Assembly: GCA_000320545.1 (NCBI GenBank)
Contig: ADNK01001802.1
Coordinates: 1 to 64,000 of the forward strand
Origin: Bigelowiella natans CCMP2755
Taxonomy: Eukaryota > Protista > Cercozoa
DNA length: 64,000 nt
Direction of reading: 5' to 3'
Made by a program: the position numbers and the translations under genes. Positions 40,761-64,000 of this stretch are shown piece after piece. Position 1 is the stretch's first letter; the number at the start of each line of letters is the position of its first letter. The notes under the pieces are model-generated. The model made no database searches and was not told the origin of the DNA. It saw only the letters and a list, made by a program, of their open reading frames with translations.

Positions 40761-41781
40761 CTCACAAATTAGTAATTTTAAGACCGTAGTGATATGATAT
40801 AGCGTGGTTGTAGCATCGTTGTCCCATCAGTATCAACCAGTGGTAGAGTATCATTAATATTTTGATATTCCCTACTACTACTACTACTTGTCTCCTTCTA
40901 GTACCTGTTGCTTGTTTGAGAGGTACAGGTCTTTCTGCATCATTCACAATTACGCTGAATTGGCAGCTCGATTCCTTCCCGCTTACCAACGATTTGAACT
41001 TAAATTCGACCTAGCAAAGAGAGAGATAGTTGTATTCGTGGTAGTACAAGATATAACAATGGAGAGAGAGAGAGAGGTAGGTGTGGAGGAAGGCAAGAGG
41101 GATTAAGAGCCACTCATCATACGTGCATACATACATACATACATACATACATACATACGCATTCTTTCGGAAAAGAACAACAAACAAACAAACAAACAAC
41201 GACGACCAACGAATCGAAAGAAATCAACTGAAATGCTGTTGTTATTGAGCTAAATTAAAGATATCCGGTAAGTAGTACAGCAGCAAGCATACATATATCA
41301 CTAATGTGTATGCATGTGTGCGTGTTACGTCTTTAACATCATCATCATCATCATCATCACCACCACCATCATCCATTTCACGGTGGTAAATCTTTCTATC
41401 TATCTTCTTACCGGATTGATTCCAACATGGAAGTGCATGCCAGATTTAGGTAATTTATCGATGTTCTGAGCTACAAGCAAGTTGCCATTCGTGTCTGTTG
41501 CATTGATGGCTGTCCATGTGGCCTGTGAGTGGATTTATGCACACCAATCATTTATCATTTAGAATAGGACAACAAACACTACTACAACTATTACTACTAC
41601 TACTACTACTACTACTACTAGCACCTGCAAGTACTGTATACTAAAGTTATAATGAGATTCAATCATTTTCACGTTTGAATTTATACTAGTGGTGAAAAAG
41701 ATGGGAGGAGGAAGCACACAGCAGATAAATTATTATTATCAATTATTATTTCTTAGTTGCTGCGGCTGCTGCTGCTGTTAT

Positions 41782-41817
<36 letters not shown>

Positions 41818-42580
41818 CCTTGCAACTGTAGCATGCATATCAGCAGCAACAACGATATTTTTCGTTGGGCAGTTATTGATGGTTGGTGCTCGATGATCGA
41901 TGACGGTTACGAGAAACGTGCATTCAGGAGCACTATTTCCACTCTGATGATGATGATATAGATCACAATGATGCGGTGATAAAAAAGTGAATAACCAGCT
42001 TACACATATGACTAAGTTATGAATAGATGGATGATGTTTTTCGCCCATTGTAGCACTACTGCTACTTATGAAACGATGGATGATGTTCGCCCATAGTAGC
42101 ACTACATTGGTCTTGTCATTAATACTAGTAGAATTGTGATGACGAAAAAGGGTTGTTTGCTGCCCTCTTTCTTCTTTCACTTTATAATATGTTGTTTCTC
42201 GCTTCTTTTTAACATAAACATAGTAGTAGTAAAAGGTCTGTCAGTATATTATCTAAAGAATATCTTTTGTATATCTATATATTGTAATATCACCTTGTCA
42301 GTCGCCGTGTACGTAATTTGGTGACTTCCAGGACTCATAAAATCCCCAGGCTTCCTGTTTTTCGACTCTGATACTGTTGGAGGCTCACAGCTGTTATCAA
42401 CCGCCTTTGGAATCTGAATTATGTAGTATTATCATAATAACAACAACATTTTAAACGAAGCAATACAAGTTAATTAACGGGGAAATGAATCATATATGGT
42501 GATTTTAACGCACAATAACAATACCCCAGAAGATTATTGTTATTAATTCCAACAGTTAGAAATAGTATACACTTGTCATA

Positions 42581-42638
<58 letters not shown>

Positions 42639-42641
42639 TAA

Positions 42642-42673
<32 letters not shown>

Positions 42674-43197
42674 GTAGATACAAACCTGCCACATCGGCCC
42701 GAAGGAGTCTCCATCCATGATTGTGTGAGTAATAGGAGCAGATGGACAACTCAAGAAGACAGGAGGGGAACGATCATCCACCTTTGCATCGATCGTGAAT
42801 GAAGATTTATGTCCTAATGAAATAATATGTCATAATAAAAAACAACAACAACAACAAAGTGGTTAAAATAGTAGTAATGAATGGGAAAAATAATATCACT
42901 CATCATCATTCTCTTTTACTATTTAATGGGGAAAAACAACAATAACACGCATCATCATTCACTTTTACTACTTTTTACTACATCTCTTATTGTTACTACT
43001 GCTACACGTTTCCTCCTCCTCCTCCTCCTCTTCCCCCTCCATATTATCATCCTTTTCCTTAATCATTCATTCTCCTATGATAGCTTCGATATTTTCCCTC
43101 CTCCTCCTCCTCTATGATGAGTATAGTATGTACTATTACTATGATTTACCTGCTTGGTCTGTGGTATCGCATGTGATCTTGTATGAGCCGACCTGCC

Positions 43198-43228
<31 letters not shown>

Positions 43229-43229
43229 C

Positions 43230-43262
<33 letters not shown>

Positions 43263-43454
43263 TCCATCCATCAGAGGAGATGGAATAGTAATAACATTGC
43301 ACACAAGCAGCAAGAATAGACCGTAGTGTTAGTAGTACCCCAAGTTGACTTCCGGTTGGAATATTGCAGGAGAAAGTTTGCTTGTCCTCACAGTTGTCAG
43401 CAGCAACACATTTGTAGTTTACCATGGCTTTGTCCGTGCCTGTGGTGTAGTATT

Positions 43455-43488
<34 letters not shown>

Positions 43489-43491
43489 GAC

Positions 43492-43533
<42 letters not shown>

Positions 43534-44388
43534 GAGAGAAAATCAGGATAAATGGTTCATCAGAAATGATGTAGTTGGTGATGTGTTAGGAAGATCGCAC
43601 TTGTTCCTCTCTTCTCCTCTTCTTCTTATTCATACGAATTATTACTATTACTATTATGTATGTATGTATGTATGTATGTATGTTTGGACAATGATGATAC
43701 AAATAAGTAAGTCTTCTTGGATGATGATAGTATATAATAATAATAAATAATAATAATAATAATAATAATGCGTAAATACTTCTGGTCTATTGCCGACTAT
43801 CATGATTTAAACATCATTCATTTATCTGTTGGAAGTATTCTTCTTCTTCTTCTTCTTCTTCTTCTTATATGAGTAGTAGTTGCACAAGAAAACAGCGAGC
43901 AAAAACATCGACAACTTACTGTGCTAGCAGCAAGAATGATGACGATGATAAATATGATAAAAATGACAAAGAAGAAGAAGAAGCATGATAACGAGTAGTA
44001 GAGCATACATTGTCCCTTCCCGTCAATGCCGATGTTATTAGGAAGCACCGAAATCACCTCAGGATCGCCTATTTGTTTATTTATTCATGAGTGATAATAA
44101 TAGGTTGTTAGTCGTTTTTGCGTGTAAGAAGAAAATATAAGTGAGAAAAATTAGATCAGATCCAAAGAAGGCAGCAATGGCTTCCTTTTGAATATACAAT
44201 GATCTTCTTCTGGTTGATGCTGCATTCAAATGAATGAATCTTTATAATAAGAGTTCTTGTTCTTGTTGTTCTATGTTGTTATTTCGTTGCGTGTTAGAAG
44301 ACAGAAGAAGTTGTAGGTAGTAGTAGTAGTAGTACATGTAATCGTTGGAGCTTGAATATCTTTTACATCGATATGGAACTCACCTATA

Positions 44389-44428
<40 letters not shown>

Positions 44429-45084
44429 CTGTGTAAGATTTTTTCCTTCATTACAACCGTGATTGCATAATAACATCCAAGCTGTTTTCGTGTTATTTTT
44501 TTTCATGTTTACTCCTCATCAGCGATTTTGGTCCTCCCATAACCATGTCATGATGATTGTTATTGATTCATTGATGTCTACACCATGTCATGATGATCGT
44601 TGTTGTTGATTCATTGATGTCTACACTATAATAATAGTAATAATTATCATTACATTTTGCTGCGTTGGCAGCAGAATCGAGTACTTTGTACTCCACAACT
44701 GTCATCCCTTTATTTATTATAAAAGTAGTAAGTAACTGTGATGATTGATCTCACTATGATCAATACAAAGCTACAATAATAGCCAGCAGGTGGTGGTCAG
44801 ATTATATGATGATGCTGCTGCTGCTGCTACTGCAATTGTGTGCATGGATGATGTTCATTCTGTACTGCTACAACTTCTACTAGTACCTGCAGGATAGTTG
44901 AATCCCTCTGCAGGGTGAGATGGTGTTTGAGGTGTCAAGACTTTGCAGTTATCGGTCGCAATCTGTGTTTTATTCAAGAGGAGGAGGGAGGGAGAGTAGC
45001 GCTTGCTTTAAATAATACACCAGTAACAAACCAACACAGCAGCAAGCATCACTTCAAGCATCATCACTACCTCTCTTTAGAGTG

Positions 45085-45124
<40 letters not shown>

Positions 45125-46707
45125 CATATGCTACTACTTATCTGACTAATTGCCACATGATGTAAAACGGATGGCTGCTGCATACTTAGTAAATACGTGC
45201 AAATACACCAGCAGACAGAAATACACACATACATATTCACATATTTACATACATATTTGCATAATGCTCCATAAATACATACATACCGGGAGAGCATACT
45301 TGAAGAAAGCCGTACATTTATCCTATTTTTTTTGGATGTGATATAAGAACAAGCATGCTGTGACAGATCATCATCACTACCACCATCATCACTCTCCACT
45401 TACCTTTTCTGTTTGAAGTTTAATTATGCTTCCACAAAGTAGTGGAGAGGTGCTGCCGGCAGGTTGGGACCATTGTGGCAGCTCAGCTAAAAAAGTGACA
45501 CACATGACGATGATGACGATGCACAATCGGCGTATAAATGTACACTTCTGTCGGGTGAGACAATGCGAGGCAATATTTGTGGTGTGTATTGTGTGTAATG
45601 CAGCGTTCGTTGATCATAAAGTGCATAATAATAGTAACGTTGTTGTTGTTGTTGTTGTTGTTGTTATTATTACTGTCCTCCACGACAACAGGCACGACGC
45701 AACTGTTGACACGTCCGTATTTATCTTTGGCGGTGAATTCGACATTCGTAGTTCTAAGTATTACCAGGGAAGAACCAAAAGCATTAACATACATCAATTA
45801 TACTAACCAATACTGTCCAACGCAGAATTTGTCCTGCCTCACCACCACCACCGCTACTCCCTTGTTACTCATTGCTACTATTTCTTCTTCTTTTGCCAAC
45901 AATACCAAAATTTGATTGAAAAGGAAGCGCAGCCGCAGAGGAGATTGGTTGTCATTGTGGAATGTAACAGCACCCGCTATTGCTACCACCACCACCACTA
46001 CTAATACTACTACTACTACAACTAATTATACTAAGCAACTACCCGATCGCATATGTTATGCCCTCTAGTTCTTCAATAGTTGGAGTAACGCTCACTTCTC
46101 TTCCGAACTCCTCAGGAGTACCAGACTTAGAAGGATTGTATGATCCAGTATTATCAATAGTTGGGGGCTGAATTATATTAATTCCCTTTTGATTCAACCA
46201 AGTACAGCTTCCAGGATCCTATGGGAAATAGAGAAGAAGATGATGATGATAATGGCAATGATGCACATGAGAATGCTATGTAGTACTTTTCGTACTCTGT
46301 ATCGAAAGATGATCGAGCATATACAAACTCATGCGATACAATATCAAAATATTTTGAATAATTAAATTTTCATTTGGTTTTCATGTCACAACTTATATCT
46401 GGTCATTTCAAAAGCAAAAGAAAAACTTACGCATATATGAAGCGAGTCAGGTATCATAATAATTTCAAGACGATTTTATTCAGTTCTTCCTTATGTTTAA
46501 TCTCTTTTCCTCTCTCCCCTCTCTGCCAGTCATGCAAGTTTGGATTGGTATTACCGCCGAAACGACGATTGGAGCCATGGGATTCGTTCCATTACCGCAG
46601 TAGTTGACAGGTGTTCCAGAATTTAGAAGAGATCCTTGAGACACTGTAAAGAGAAGAGCAAGCGAGAGAATGGTCTTATCTCTCATTTGCACTACAATCC
46701 TGCTCAT
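40182..46707 (-). CDS. Secreted HYR-domain repeat (hyalin-like) protein, many exons
   Basis: Signal peptide MRDKTILSLALLFTVSQGS. Repeated HYR-type strands: TTNVEFTAKDKYGRVNSCVVPVVVED, ATDNC..EGFNYPAG|MTVVEYKVLDSAANAAKC|EFHIDVKDIQAPTI, VGSYKITCDTTDQAG, PKAVDNSCEPPTV..PGSHQITYTATDK|SGNSAPECTFLVTVIDHRAPTINNCP. Cys-rich end CCNDNFECRGDDMYKACLPKV*. Confidence 0.8.
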
Positions 46708-47714
46708 CCCTAAGGTCTGCGGTGGATAATAATGGGGACGGAGGAAGTCTGTCTTCTTAAGATCTTTAATCAAATATTGTGTCAAATTTATATTTGTATG
46801 AACATTGAATATTTATAAACGACAACATAATTATTATTTTTATCTGGAAATAAGTTATTAACCAAGAGACCTGCCTAGATCTCTTCAAATCTGAATATGG
46901 AATTAGGGAGCCATTTTCGACTTAAAACAAAATAGCCTAACAGTGACATATACGCCAAACTTTTTTATTTGTCACACGTCCTAATTACAAGAGCGGAGTC
47001 GCCTGCAATGTAATACAGCATCAGGATCATGCGACAATTATTTATTTGTGTCTTTAAACAAGATTGTACGTCAATTACAAATATGTGTTTCAGACCTACC
47101 AACTCTCATCTGATGTAGTGATTGCTTGGCTATGTTGACATCTGCTCACGAAGTGCTGATATTGACCACAAAATAAAGCAAAATTGAGTAATTAATGATG
47201 TTTTAGGAAACCGTATTTGTATCTGAAATGGAGGTTCTTAAGTCGTACCGTTACTGCAGCATTATGATAACGGCAGTGCTGCGGTATCATTATTCCCATC
47301 ATTGTTTGTCGCATCCAAAAAAACAATGTTGGTTTCTGTTGTCGTACTCATAAAAATCCATCGTTTTTACTTTGTATATAACATTTTTAACGGTAGGACA
47401 ACAGATTTTTACGACAACGAAAAAAGTCCAAAACCGATCATAATTGCCGTAATTGCTCGGCTCTCCGTTCTATCTCGCTCAAAATGGCGCCGTGTTTCGG
47501 GTAACGAAACTCTGTTATTATTTCGGAATGGACGGCTTGGGGTTAGGATCAAGCCTAAATAGTACTGAACTGCCTTCAAAATTATTGTTTGCGATAGCAT
47601 GTAGTATTTGCGACCACCACCAGTACGTTAAAACAGTAATTGGAAAACTCTGCCCAACCCACAACCTGAGAGGTGGCTTTACTATGCTTGCACCCAAAGG
47701 GGGTAGCTAGGTAG

Positions 47715-63964
<16,250 letters not shown>

Positions 63965-64000
63965 CCATCATATTAGCAGTGTGAAAATGAAATCATTGGT

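Overview
Eukaryotic chromosome end. A (CCCTAA)n telomere is followed by eight intron-rich genes in strictly alternating orientation (- + - + - + - +), which I reconstructed by hand from GT/AG-bounded exons. In order: an AlkB-like 2OG-Fe(II) dioxygenase, a C-CAP domain protein, a plastid-targeted helical-repeat (OPR/FAST-like) protein, plastid ribosomal protein L3, a protein with a TupA-like ATP-grasp domain, CFAP206, a secreted HYR-repeat protein and a long coiled-coil protein. Bipartite signal+transit leaders, a TTAGGG telomere and a ciliary gene suggest the nuclear genome of a flagellated alga with a secondary plastid, most likely a chlorarachniophyte (inference). Most ORFs in the supplied track are artefacts of intronic microsatellites. 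The most striking signal is a subtelomeric tract of about 1.4 kb (283-1681) with no TpA dinucleotide at all. It overlaps the 3' exons of a gene and shows TG/CA variants between repeat copies, as expected from TpA->TpG/CpA hypermutation (a 'reverse-RIP'-like process). All three convergent intergenic spacers show a weaker version of the same TGCA/CATG-rich signature. Gene boundaries are manual and approximate; family calls come from motif recognition, not database searches.
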